Part shown: positions 30,504 through 39,758 of the stretch, in pieces
Numbering within the stretch: position 1 is the stretch's first letter
How the letters are laid out: every line of letters begins with the position of its first letter
Sequence record: SRR22947725_172
Reading direction: 5' to 3' (one strand)
DNA: 40,922 nt
Translations under genes and position numbers: made by a program
Notes under the pieces: model-generated
What the model was told of the DNA's origin: nothing
The model's input: only the letters and a program-made list of their open reading frames with translations
Databases searched by the model: none

Positions 30504-30554
30504 GTCAGAGACGATACCGCTGGACTCACCGCCGCTTCTGTATCGTTTCCCCAG
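30504..30554. promoter_or_regulatory. Back-to-back divergent leaderless promoters (trpS/scpA)
   Basis: TATCGT on minus (30516-30511) 7 nt before the trpS GTG; TATCGT on plus (30541-30546) 8 nt before the scpA ATG. Confidence 0.6.
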
Positions 30555-31328
30555 ATGGTTGATGTCGCAACACCGGTCTATGAAGGACCGTTCGATCTGC
30601 TCCTGCAGTTGATCCTGAAGGAACAGGTCGACATCTACGAAATCAACCTGTCGACCATTGTCGATGCCTACCTTGTCGAGCTGGAGCGGCTGGCCGAACT
30701 TGATCTCGACATCGCCACCAGCTTCTTGCTGATCGCGGCGACCCTCGTCGATCTCAAAGCCCGCCGCTTGTTGCCGAATACCGGCGACATCGACCTCGAC
30801 GACGAACTTGCCTTGTGGGAAGAGCGCGACATGCTGCTTGCGCGGCTGCTCGAAGCGAAGACCTTCAAGGATGTGGCTGGAGTGTTCGCTCGGCTTGCCG
30901 ACGAAGCGGACAAGACGTTCCCGCGCGTCGTCGGGCCTGATGAACGTTTCAACGCCGTGCTCCCGGACATGCTCGAGGGCACCAGCCTGAAGCGATTCCA
31001 GAACGCCGCAATCAAGGCCCTCACGCCGCGGCCCAAGCCGGTGGTCGACTTGTATCACGTCAACCCGATCAAGGTCACGGTCGCCGATGCGGTTGCTGAA
31101 CTGCTCGACGAATTACCCCGTGTTGGGAAGATCTCGTTCCGACGTCTCACGTCGCAGTTCGCCGATCGGATCGACGTCATTGTGCGCTTTCTTGCACTCC
31201 TCGAACTCTTCAAGCAGGGTGCCGTCGAACTCGAACAACCCGAACGCTTCGGTGACATCGACGTCGTGTGGTCCGTTGACGAGGACTTCGACACCGATTC
31301 CATCCTGATCGACGCCTACGAAGGCTGA
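30555..31328 (+). CDS. scpA: Segregation/condensation protein A
   Basis: YEGPFDLLLQLI, FLLIAATLVDLKARRLLP, VIVRFLALLELFK.G. Confidence 0.95.
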   Translation: MVDVATPVYEGPFDLLLQLILKEQVDIYEINLSTIVDAYLVELERLAELDLDIATSFLLIAATLVDLKARRLLPNTGDIDLDDELALWEERDMLLARLLEAKTFKDVAGVFARLADEADKTFPRVVGPDERFNAVLPDMLEGTSLKRFQNAAIKALTPRPKPVVDLYHVNPIKVTVADAVAELLDELPRVGKISFRRLTSQFADRIDVIVRFLALLELFKQGAVELEQPERFGDIDVVWSVDEDFDTDSILIDAYEG

Positions 31329-31338
31329 CACGACTGTT

Positions 31339-32055
31339 ATGACTGATTCACCGACTCCAGCCACCGCGAGTGAGCCCGAACCAGACCGCCCTTTTGAGCC
31401 CATCGGCGATCAGGTCCGCGCGTTGAAACGGGCCATCGAAGCGATTGTGCTCGTTGCCCATGACCCGGTCCCGGCGGACCTGCTGGCACAACTACTTGAA
31501 CAGCCAACAACCCTGATTGACACCTGGTGCGACGAGATCGCCGAGTCCTACGCCGCAGCCGGCAACGGGTTCGAGTTCGTTCGCGTGGCCGGTGGCTTGC
31601 GGTATCAGACAGCGGCCGACGTGACGCCGTATGTCGAGCGGTTTCTCTTGCACGATCAGCGGGCTCGGCTCTCCGGCGCGGCACTCGAGACGTTGGCGAT
31701 CGTGGCATACAAGCAGCCGATTTCTCGTGCCCAGGTCGGAGCAATTCGGGGGGTCGACCCGGACGGCGTGCTTCGGACCTTGCAGGCCCGTGGCTACATC
31801 GACGAGGTCGCTCGCGATGATGGACCGGGCCAGGCCATTCTGTTCGGCACCACAGCAACGTTCCTCGAGAAGCTGGGTCTCGAATCACTCGACGACCTGC
31901 CGGCCATCGCTGAGTTCATCCCCGGCGCTGACGTCGTGGAGCTCCTTGAACACGGGCTGCGAGTGACCCCTGAAATCGACGTGGCGCCCACTGCGGTGCA
32001 TGCCGCAGTGCAGAGCGATTCGGCTGTCGATCTGCCTTCTGACGATGTCTCGTGA
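31339..32055 (+). CDS. scpB: Segregation/condensation protein B
   Basis: IEAIVLVA, LSGAALETLAIVAYKQPISRAQV..IRGV, FGTT..FLEKLGL.SL.DLP. Confidence 0.96.
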   Translation: MTDSPTPATASEPEPDRPFEPIGDQVRALKRAIEAIVLVAHDPVPADLLAQLLEQPTTLIDTWCDEIAESYAAAGNGFEFVRVAGGLRYQTAADVTPYVERFLLHDQRARLSGAALETLAIVAYKQPISRAQVGAIRGVDPDGVLRTLQARGYIDEVARDDGPGQAILFGTTATFLEKLGLESLDDLPAIAEFIPGADVVELLEHGLRVTPEIDVAPTAVHAAVQSDSAVDLPSDDVS

Positions 32056-32867
32056 CTGACGACAACGGTGCGGGCGCCGGGTTCGAACCGCCGCTGTGGG
32101 AACAATTGGCAGAACAGAGTGCACAGCTCCACCAGGGAGTACGTCTGCAGAAAGTGCTCGCCGCTACCGGTTGGGGAAGCCGCCGCGTCTGTGAAGAACT
32201 GATCGCAGAGGGCCGCGTCACGGTCAACGGTGAGGTCGCGATACTGGGGCGGCGCGTCGATGCAGATGTCGACCGAGTTGAGGTCGACGGTGCCCCGATC
32301 GGAGTCCGGCCCGGACTCGTGTACTACCTGCTCAATAAGCCTGCGGGAGTGGTCACGACGGCAAAGGACACGCACGGCCGGCCAACGGTGGTGGAACTCG
32401 TGCCGAGCGAGCCGCGCGTCTTTGCCGTTGGGCGGCTCGACGCTGACACCGAGGGCCTGCTGCTGCTGACCAACGACGGCGACCTGGCCAATCGCATCGC
32501 TCACCCGTCGCACGGCGTCGAGAAGGAATATCTCGCCGGGGTGAGCGGGGGAGCGCTCTCGGCCGGGCAGCTTCGACAACTGCGTCAGGGCGTCGAACTC
32601 GAGGACGGCATCACTGCGCCAGCGAGGGTGTCCCAGCCCGAAGCCGGCTTGCTGCGGCTGACTCTCCACGAGGGTCGCAACCGGCAGGTGCGGCGGATGT
32701 GCGATGCGGTCGGTCATCCGGTGACCCGCCTCGTGCGGACCCGCATCGGTCCACTGTTCGACCGTTCGCTGGTTCCAGGTGACTGGCGCGAACTCACTGC
32801 CGCCGAGCGTCGCTTGACAATTGAGGCGGTCGCTGAATCCGCCCGCCAGTACGATTCGCCATCGTGA
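32052..32867 (+). CDS. rluB: rRNA pseudouridine synthase (RluB/RsuA family)
   Basis: RLQKVLA..G.GSRR S4 domain, NKPAGVVTT, VGRLDADTEGLLLLTNDG, EGRNRQVRRM. Confidence 0.92.
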   Translation: MTDDNGAGAGFEPPLWEQLAEQSAQLHQGVRLQKVLAATGWGSRRVCEELIAEGRVTVNGEVAILGRRVDADVDRVEVDGAPIGVRPGLVYYLLNKPAGVVTTAKDTHGRPTVVELVPSEPRVFAVGRLDADTEGLLLLTNDGDLANRIAHPSHGVEKEYLAGVSGGALSAGQLRQLRQGVELEDGITAPARVSQPEAGLLRLTLHEGRNRQVRRMCDAVGHPVTRLVRTRIGPLFDRSLVPGDWRELTAAERRLTIEAVAESARQYDSPS

Positions 32868-33943
32868 CCGACATGTCGAGTGCCCCGCAGCGGCGAGCCA
32901 ACGTCATTGGCCTCGGCCTGATCGGTGGGTCGATCGCACTGGCGCTGCAAGAGCGCGGGTGGACCGTGTCGGGCGATGACGCCCGCAAGCCAACCCTTAT
33001 GGCCGCGCTCGAACGTGGAGTCATTGATGCAACAGGTCTCGACCAGCAGGCCGAGATCACCTTCGTCGCGGTACCGGTGCTCGCCGTCGGCGACCAGGTC
33101 AAACGAGCGCTCGCTGAAACAACGGGCTTGGTGACCGACGTCGGCAGTGTCAAGGGCCCGGTGTGTCGGGCGCATGACGACCGTCGCTTCGTCGGCGGGC
33201 ACCCGATGGCCGGAAGCGAGTTCGACGGCCTTGACGGTGCCCAGGCAGATCTTTTCAACAGTGCGGTCTGGGTGCTCACGCCGCTCGAAACCAGCGACGA
33301 TGCAACATTTGCCCAGGTCAACAGCATCATCGCGTCACTTGGTGCCGATGTCGTGGCGCTCAGTCCCGAGCGCCACGACCAACTCGTCGCCGTCGTGAGC
33401 CACGTGCCGCACCTCACGGCCGCGACGCTGATGGGGATGGCCAGCGAACGGGCTGAGGAGCACGCTGCGCTCCTCCGGCTTGCCGCTGGGGGCTTTCGCG
33501 ACATGACACGTGTCGCGAGCGGTCAACCAGATATTTGGATCGACATCTGTTCGGAGAACAAGGTTGCGATCATGAGCGCCCTCGACGGTCTCATCGCCGG
33601 TTTGAGCGAGATACGCGATGTCGTTGCTGTCGATGACCACGACGTGCTGCGCGCGCGGTTGCAAGCGGCACGTGAAGCACGAACGAATCTTCCGTCGCGT
33701 GTCGTCCGTCCGGAGGACCTCGCCGAGGTCCGGATCCCCATCCCGGACCGCGCTGGCGCCGCTGCAGAGGTGTTCACCCTTGCTGCCGAGTTGGGCGTCA
33801 ACATCGCCAACTTCGAAGTGGTCCACTTGGCAGAGAGCAACCGAGGTGTCGCCGTCGTCTTGATTGACGAGACCACGTCTGAAGTGTTCCGAGGCGGCCT
33901 CATCGCTCGAGGGTTCCGGCCGTCTGTGCAAGCGCTCTCATGA
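32864..33943 (+). CDS. tyrA: Prephenate dehydrogenase with C-terminal ACT domain
   Basis: GLGLIGGS, TDVGSVK, GGHPMAGSE, HD..VA.VSH.PH, GFRDMTRVA; ACT-like PDRAG...GVNI. Confidence 0.93.
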   Translation: MTDMSSAPQRRANVIGLGLIGGSIALALQERGWTVSGDDARKPTLMAALERGVIDATGLDQQAEITFVAVPVLAVGDQVKRALAETTGLVTDVGSVKGPVCRAHDDRRFVGGHPMAGSEFDGLDGAQADLFNSAVWVLTPLETSDDATFAQVNSIIASLGADVVALSPERHDQLVAVVSHVPHLTAATLMGMASERAEEHAALLRLAAGGFRDMTRVASGQPDIWIDICSENKVAIMSALDGLIAGLSEIRDVVAVDDHDVLRARLQAAREARTNLPSRVVRPEDLAEVRIPIPDRAGAAAEVFTLAAELGVNIANFEVVHLAESNRGVAVVLIDETTSEVFRGGLIARGFRPSVQALS

Positions 33944-35241
33944 GCGAGTCCCATCGCGTTCGCCGAGCTGACGGGCCGGTCATCGCCGACGTGGTCGTGC
34001 CGCCGTCGAAGAGCATCGCCAATCGGGCATTGATTTGTGCAGCACTTGCCGACGGTGAGAGCGAGATCACCGGCGTGGCCCCAGGCGACGACACCTCGGC
34101 AATGCTTGACTGCCTCGATCGGCTCGGTATCCCGGTCGCCGTCTCGAAGCGAGACGGAAACTTGGTTGGTGCCGTGATGGGTAGCGCAGGCAACCTCCCC
34201 GCCGGTCCCATCACCCTGCCGACGCGGTTGGCCGGTACGACGTCACGGTTCATCACCGCCTTGGCCGCCATCGGCCCTGGGCCGTACCTCGTCGATGGGG
34301 ATCCGCCACTGCGGAGCCGGCCGATGGGGCCGCTTCACAACTCCTTGATCGCGCTGGGCGCGACGCTGGAACCGGGTGAGCAGCCCGGCCACCTGCCGGT
34401 CACCGTCAGTGGACCGTTGCGCGGTGCCGACGCGGTGGTCATGCCAGGCAATGTCTCGAGCCAGTACGTCTCGGCGTTGATGTTGGTCGCGCCGTACATC
34501 CGCCGTGGACTGCGGCTCGGGCTCTCCACGTCCTTGGTATCGCGTCCGTACGTGGAGATCACGCGCGCGGTGATGACCGCCTTTGGTGCCGACGACATTG
34601 AGTTGAGCGATCGTCGCGTCCACGTTGGCGAGGGTGGTTATTTCGGTGCGGCCTATCGAGTCGAGCCGGACGCATCGTCGGCGAGCTATCCGCTCGCTGC
34701 TGCGGCGATGGCTGGGGGAGCGGTCTGCGTACGCGGTCTGGGTGCCAATGCGTTGCAGGGCGATGCTCGTTTCGTTGACGTCCTGGTTGAAATGGGCTGC
34801 ACCGCAACGGTGAGTGCCGACGACACGGTCATCATGCGCCGGCGCGACACGCCCCTGCGAGGCATTGAGATCGACATGTCCGACATCTCGGACCTCGTCC
34901 CGACGATGGCAGTGATCGCGACTCAAGCCGTCACGCCGACGCGGATCACTGGGGTGGGCTTCATCCGCAAGAAGGAGAGCGATCGCCTCGGCGACCTCGC
35001 AGACGAACTCGCCAAGACGGGTGCCGACATCACCGTCGAGGCCGATGGCCTCCTGATCACCCCCACCGACCTCCTGCACGCTGCCACACTCGACACGCAC
35101 CACGATCACCGACTGGGTATGGCCTTTGGCATCCTCGGACTGGTTGTCGATGGCATCGAGGTCAACGACCCGGGAGTCGTGTCAAAGAGTTGGCCCGCCT
35201 TTTGGGATGCGCTCGAGGCGATTCCCGCCCGCGGACAGTGA
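33940..35241 (+). CDS. aroA: 3-phosphoshikimate 1-carboxyvinyltransferase (EPSP synthase)
   Basis: SKSIANRAL, AGTTSRF, RPM, SSQYVSALML, EPDASSASY, R.KESDR, DHR.GM, KSWP.F. Confidence 0.97.
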   Translation: MSESHRVRRADGPVIADVVVPPSKSIANRALICAALADGESEITGVAPGDDTSAMLDCLDRLGIPVAVSKRDGNLVGAVMGSAGNLPAGPITLPTRLAGTTSRFITALAAIGPGPYLVDGDPPLRSRPMGPLHNSLIALGATLEPGEQPGHLPVTVSGPLRGADAVVMPGNVSSQYVSALMLVAPYIRRGLRLGLSTSLVSRPYVEITRAVMTAFGADDIELSDRRVHVGEGGYFGAAYRVEPDASSASYPLAAAAMAGGAVCVRGLGANALQGDARFVDVLVEMGCTATVSADDTVIMRRRDTPLRGIEIDMSDISDLVPTMAVIATQAVTPTRITGVGFIRKKESDRLGDLADELAKTGADITVEADGLLITPTDLLHAATLDTHHDHRLGMAFGILGLVVDGIEVNDPGVVSKSWPAFWDALEAIPARGQ

Positions 35242-35894
35242 GCCGCGATCGGCCCCGAGTCGCGGCCTTCGATGTCGACGGCACGCTGACCACCCGTGAC
35301 TGTGTCGTCCCGTTCCTCCGTCGTGTAGCAGGCACGCCCCAGCTGTCGCTGAAGCTCGTCGTGAATGCACGCCACACGGTGCCCGCGCTTGTGCGGCGGG
35401 ACCGCGACGCACTGAAGGAAGCCTCGGCACGTGCCGCGTTTCGGGGCCGTTCAGTGCAGGACATTGGTCGACATGCCGCCGAATTCGCCCGAATGGTGCG
35501 CACGTCCTGGCTTGAACCGCAAACACTTGAGATGCTGCGTGCGCATCAGGCTGCCGGCGACACCGTGCTGCTGGTCTCAGCCTCGTTCGAGGTCTACCTT
35601 CGTCCACTCGGCGGCTTGCTTGCCGTGGACGATGTGCTCGCTGTGCGACTTGCGGTCGGGTCGGACCGAACGTTCACGGGTGACTTGAGCGGCCCGAACT
35701 GTCGTGGCCCCGAGAAGGTGCGCCGTGTACACACCTGGCTCGATGAGCACTGCTCCGATGTCGGCGGTCGCCAAGGAGTGCATCTCACCGCGTACGGTGA
35801 CTCCGTAGGCGACCGCGAACTCCTCCTCGACGCGGACACTGCCGTGTTTGTTGGCAAGCATCAACCCAGCTGGCTGCCGGCGTCGGCCGGATAG
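35238..35894 (+). CDS. HAD-IB hydrolase (candidate polyprenyl-phosphoribose-5-phosphate phosphatase)
   Basis: AFDVDGTLT, VSAS, NCRGPEK, AYGDSVGD; GTGA overlap with aroA; adjacent to the UbiA-like gene. Confidence 0.88.
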   Translation: MSRDRPRVAAFDVDGTLTTRDCVVPFLRRVAGTPQLSLKLVVNARHTVPALVRRDRDALKEASARAAFRGRSVQDIGRHAAEFARMVRTSWLEPQTLEMLRAHQAAGDTVLLVSASFEVYLRPLGGLLAVDDVLAVRLAVGSDRTFTGDLSGPNCRGPEKVRRVHTWLDEHCSDVGGRQGVHLTAYGDSVGDRELLLDADTAVFVGKHQPSWLPASAG

Positions 35895-35968
35895 AACAAC
35901 GCTGGTCAGTCAGACCGGACAACGTCAGGTTGCCCCGCAGCTACGTGCAGGGCGCTACGGTTAGCGCA

Positions 35969-36850
35969 GTGATTTCGGGCCTGATTCGCACCGCTCGGCC
36001 CAAGCAGTGGCTGAAGAATGTGCTGGTGTTCGCCGCGCCCGGCGCAGCCGGGGTGCTGAATCAGGGCAGCGAACTCGGCCTGACGATCATTGTGTTCGTG
36101 GCGTTCTGTTTCGCCGCATCGGCGGTGTACTACTGGAACGATCTGATCGACGTCACGGCGGACCGGAGGCACCCGACCAAGCGCGATCGACCGATTGCTG
36201 CCGGTGATGTGCCCATCAGCGCTGCGCGTGTGGTTGGCGTCATCGCTCCCTTCGTTGCGCTCGGTCTGGCTGGCCTGACGGGCCGTTGGCAAACCGTGGC
36301 GGTGATTGGGATCTACCTCGTTGTCAACCTCGCCTACAACTTCGGACTTAAAGACATCCCCGTCGTCGAGCTCCTGGTGGTCGCATCCGGTTTCGTCTTG
36401 CGCGCCGGCGCTGGTGCCGTGGCCGTCGACGTGCCGATGTCGCGATGGTTCGTGCTGTGCACCACCTTCGGCTCCCTCTTCATCGTTGCCGGCAAGCGCT
36501 ATGCCGAGTTGAACGAATTGGGGACCGGGGCAGGCACGCGCGCCACGCTCGAGATGTATACCGTTGGCTACCTCCGGATCGTGCTGTCGATCAGTTGTGG
36601 TGCTGCCCTGCTGAGTTACTGCGTCTGGGCATTCGAGACCAGCGCCGAAGTCAACGCGCTCGGCGAGTTCGACTTCCCGTTCTACGAACTCTCGATCGTC
36701 CCAATGCTCGCAGCACTCCTGCAGTATCTGCTTGTGCTCGAACAGGGAGGGGGCGGAGCCCCTGAGGAAGTTTTCGCCAAGGACCGCATTCTGCAGATTC
36801 TGGGTCTCGCTTGGATCGTGATCTATGGCATCGCCGTCTACGCTGGCTGA
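35969..36850 (+). CDS. ubiA: Decaprenyl-phosphate phosphoribosyltransferase (Rv3806c/UbiA-type)
   Basis: ARPKQWLKNVLVFAAP, Y..NDL.D...DR.HPTK..RPIAAG, SGFVLR, AGKRYAE, GGAPEE...KDR; multi-TM; start GTG 35969 (TACGGT -10 7 nt upstream). Confidence 0.92.
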   Translation: MISGLIRTARPKQWLKNVLVFAAPGAAGVLNQGSELGLTIIVFVAFCFAASAVYYWNDLIDVTADRRHPTKRDRPIAAGDVPISAARVVGVIAPFVALGLAGLTGRWQTVAVIGIYLVVNLAYNFGLKDIPVVELLVVASGFVLRAGAGAVAVDVPMSRWFVLCTTFGSLFIVAGKRYAELNELGTGAGTRATLEMYTVGYLRIVLSISCGAALLSYCVWAFETSAEVNALGEFDFPFYELSIVPMLAALLQYLLVLEQGGGGAPEEVFAKDRILQILGLAWIVIYGIAVYAG

Positions 36851-36854
36851 CCAC

Positions 36855-37631
36855 ATGGACAATGCATCTGGCAGGCCGCAATTCGATCGTCCCGCCATCG
36901 ATATCGTGATGGCGCAGGTGGCCGATGTTGACGGGTGGATGACCCCGGGGCAGGCATCGACGCTGTACGACAGTGCTGTTCGCTGCCCGGACGGCAGCCA
37001 AGTCGTCGAGATCGGCTCGTTTCAGGGACGCTCGACAATCGTCCTGGCAATGGCTGCTGACCCGTCGGTGCAGGTGATTGCGATCGATCCTCACGCCGGC
37101 AACGATCGCGGGCCACAACAGATCGATGGTTACGCGGACGCAGCCGATGGTGATCACGCGATCTTCAACAAGAATCTCGCTGATGCCGGCGTCGCAGACC
37201 GGGTACGGCATCTCCGGATGTTCTCCGATGATGCGCACACCGAGGTCGCCGGTGAACTCGGCGTGTTGTATGTCGATGGCGCGCACCGCTACGCACCGGC
37301 ACGGGCCGACATCGTGTCCTGGGGCGCACGGGTCGAGGACGGCGGCACTCTGCTGATCCATGATTCGTTCTCATCAATCGGTGTCACTTTCGCAATTCTC
37401 CGCGAGTTGTTACTCGGTTCGAAGTTCCGGTACGTCGGTCGGTCACGATCGATGACGATCTACCGGGCTGACCTCGCGAGCGGACCGCTCGACAGAGTCA
37501 AAAATGCTGCGCAACAGCTTGCACAGCTGCCGTGGTTCGTGAAAAACGTCGCCCTCAAGGTGCTCCTGTCGGCAGGCCTGGGCAAGATCATGACCAAACT
37601 CGGCCGTACCGCGCCCGAATGGCCGTACTGA
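36855..37631 (+). CDS. Class I SAM-dependent methyltransferase (Methyltransf_24-like)
   Basis: VDGWM, VEIGSFQGRST, AIDPH, YVDGAH.Y...D, GG.L.IHD. Confidence 0.88.
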   Translation: MDNASGRPQFDRPAIDIVMAQVADVDGWMTPGQASTLYDSAVRCPDGSQVVEIGSFQGRSTIVLAMAADPSVQVIAIDPHAGNDRGPQQIDGYADAADGDHAIFNKNLADAGVADRVRHLRMFSDDAHTEVAGELGVLYVDGAHRYAPARADIVSWGARVEDGGTLLIHDSFSSIGVTFAILRELLLGSKFRYVGRSRSMTIYRADLASGPLDRVKNAAQQLAQLPWFVKNVALKVLLSAGLGKIMTKLGRTAPEWPY

Positions 37632-37638
37632 GCCGCTG

Positions 37639-38985
37639 ATGGGTGACCGGCAGTTGCTCACGGGCTGGGGGAGAACCTCGGCGACCTCGGCCAACGTCGA
37701 GTCGGTCGGCGCCGATGGCCTTGCGACCATCGAGTGGGGCAGCCGCGGGGCCATTACTCGCGGTCTCGGACGGGCGTACGGCGACCCGGCACAGAACGGT
37801 GGCGGCACGGTCATCCGGCTCAAGCCGTCGGCCAATCCGGTGTGGATTGACACCGTCGGTGGCACAGCCACCGTCGACGCCGGGGTGAGTTTCGACGAGC
37901 TGCTCCGCCGCATCGTGCCGCATGGGTTCTTCGTTCCGGTCACGCCCGGCACGCGATTCATCACCATCGGTGGCGCAATCGCCAGTGACGTCCACGGCAA
38001 GGGTCACCACAGCGATCTCACGTTCGGGCACCACGTTCGTTCACTCGACATCGTGCTTGCTGACGGATCAGAACGCACAATTGGGCCTGACACCGAGGCC
38101 GATCTGTTCTGGGCCACGGTCGGTGGAATGGGTCTCACCGGGGTCATCACACGGGCCACGTTCAATTTGCTGCGGATCGAAACGAATCGGTGTTTGGTCG
38201 AAACCCAGCGCCTCCCTGACCTCGATGCGCTGATCGCTGCGATGAGCGACGGCGACGCGGAGCATCGGTACTCGGTGGCGTGGGTCGATTTGGCGACAAA
38301 GGGTGCAACAGTCGGCCGCTCAATTCTCGAGCGCGGCGACCACGCCACACTCGAGGACCTCGCCGAACGCTCGCCCAAAGCGCTATGCAATCCGCTCGGC
38401 TTTGCTCCGGGGTCGCTGGCGTCGGTGCCACCGGTGCCGAACGTGATGAATCGGCTCGCCGTGCGCACGTTCAACGAGTTGTGGTTTCGCAAGGCACCGA
38501 AACAGCACATCGGCACCCCAACGCTCACCGGGTTCTTCCATCCCCTCGACGGGATCGGCGACTGGAACCGGTTTTATGGCGCCAACGGGTTCTTGCAATA
38601 CCAGTTCGTCGTTCCCTTCGACGCCGTCGACACGCTGCGCGACATTGTCGAACGGGTCGTAGCAAACGGAAATGCAAGTGTCATTTCAGTGCTGAAGCGA
38701 TTCGGTGCCCAGAGCGGTGGCCTGTTGAGCTTCCCCAAGCCGGGCTGGACCTTGACGTTTGACGTTGCCGCTGGTGTTCCCGGGCTGGGGTCATTCCTCG
38801 CGGAACTCGATCAACTCGTCGTGGATGCCGGTGGACGCCACTACCTCGCAAAAGATGCTCACACCACCCCTGACATCATTCGTGCGGGCTACACGCGGCT
38901 CGACGACTGGAAGGCGATCCGACGGTCAGTCGACCCGCATGGCCGCTGGGCCAGCGATCAGGCGCGCCGACTCGACCTGCTGTGA
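37639..38985 (+). CDS. dprE1: Decaprenylphospho-beta-D-ribose 2'-oxidase DprE1-like FAD oxidoreductase
   Basis: LTGWGRT, RGLGRAYGDPAQN, VPVTPGT, DVHGK.HH, LFWATVGGMGLTG, FLQYQF, SFP.PGW, Y.AKD, ASD.ARRL.L. Confidence 0.92.
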   Translation: MGDRQLLTGWGRTSATSANVESVGADGLATIEWGSRGAITRGLGRAYGDPAQNGGGTVIRLKPSANPVWIDTVGGTATVDAGVSFDELLRRIVPHGFFVPVTPGTRFITIGGAIASDVHGKGHHSDLTFGHHVRSLDIVLADGSERTIGPDTEADLFWATVGGMGLTGVITRATFNLLRIETNRCLVETQRLPDLDALIAAMSDGDAEHRYSVAWVDLATKGATVGRSILERGDHATLEDLAERSPKALCNPLGFAPGSLASVPPVPNVMNRLAVRTFNELWFRKAPKQHIGTPTLTGFFHPLDGIGDWNRFYGANGFLQYQFVVPFDAVDTLRDIVERVVANGNASVISVLKRFGAQSGGLLSFPKPGWTLTFDVAAGVPGLGSFLAELDQLVVDAGGRHYLAKDAHTTPDIIRAGYTRLDDWKAIRRSVDPHGRWASDQARRLDLL

Positions 38986-39005
38986 ACCAACAGACTGGAC
39001 CTCTC

Positions 39006-39758
39006 ATGAACAATGCTCTTCAACAACCGCAAACTGTGGTCGTGCTCGGCGGCGGCAGCGACATTGCTCGCGCGATCGTTTTGGCGCTCGACTCGTCATC
39101 GCTGCGCACCGTTGTGCTCGGTTGTCGCAACGTTGACTCGACAGATGCCGCTGGCCTCGAAGCTGAGTTGAGCGGCGCATCGGTAACCGTATGCCACTTC
39201 GACGCGACCGATCACGTCGGGCACGCCGGCTGGGTCGCCGCGGTCGCAGCTGATCACGGTGACCTTGACATCGTGATTCAGGCCTTTGGCCAGCTCGGAG
39301 CCGATGCTGCTGACGACCCTGTTGCTGCCGCCAAGCTGGTCGACGTCAATTTTGCAGGCGCCGTGAGCTCGGGTCTGGCCGTCGCCGATCAACTGCGAGC
39401 ACAAGGGCACGGCGCTCTGATTTCCCTCTCAAGCGTCGCTGGAGTCCGCACGCGGGCTTCGAACTTTGTGTACGGCTCGACCAAGGCTGGCCTCGATGCC
39501 TTCAGCACCGGTCTCGGTCACGGCTTGCATGGATCAGGCGCTCATGTTTTGACCGTTCGGCCCGGCATGGTGCGGACCTCGATGACCGAGGGAATGAACG
39601 AGGCGCCCTTCACCGTCAATGCAGCCGACGTTGCTGCCGCCACGATCAACGGGCTCCGAAAGAAGAAACCCATCGTCTGGGTGCCGTCAAAGTTGCAGGG
39701 TGTATTCGGGTTGCTCCGGTTTGCCCCCGACTTTGTCTGGCGCAAACTCGACACGTGA
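39006..39758 (+). CDS. dprE2: Decaprenylphospho-2-keto-ribose reductase DprE2-like SDR
   Basis: PQTVVVLGGGSDIA, AFG.LG, SSVAG.R.R.SNFVYGSTKAGLD.F, VRPG.V.T.MT; follows dprE1; start 39006 or 38982. Confidence 0.92.
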   Translation: MNNALQQPQTVVVLGGGSDIARAIVLALDSSSLRTVVLGCRNVDSTDAAGLEAELSGASVTVCHFDATDHVGHAGWVAAVAADHGDLDIVIQAFGQLGADAADDPVAAAKLVDVNFAGAVSSGLAVADQLRAQGHGALISLSSVAGVRTRASNFVYGSTKAGLDAFSTGLGHGLHGSGAHVLTVRPGMVRTSMTEGMNEAPFTVNAADVAAATINGLRKKKPIVWVPSKLQGVFGLLRFAPDFVWRKLDT

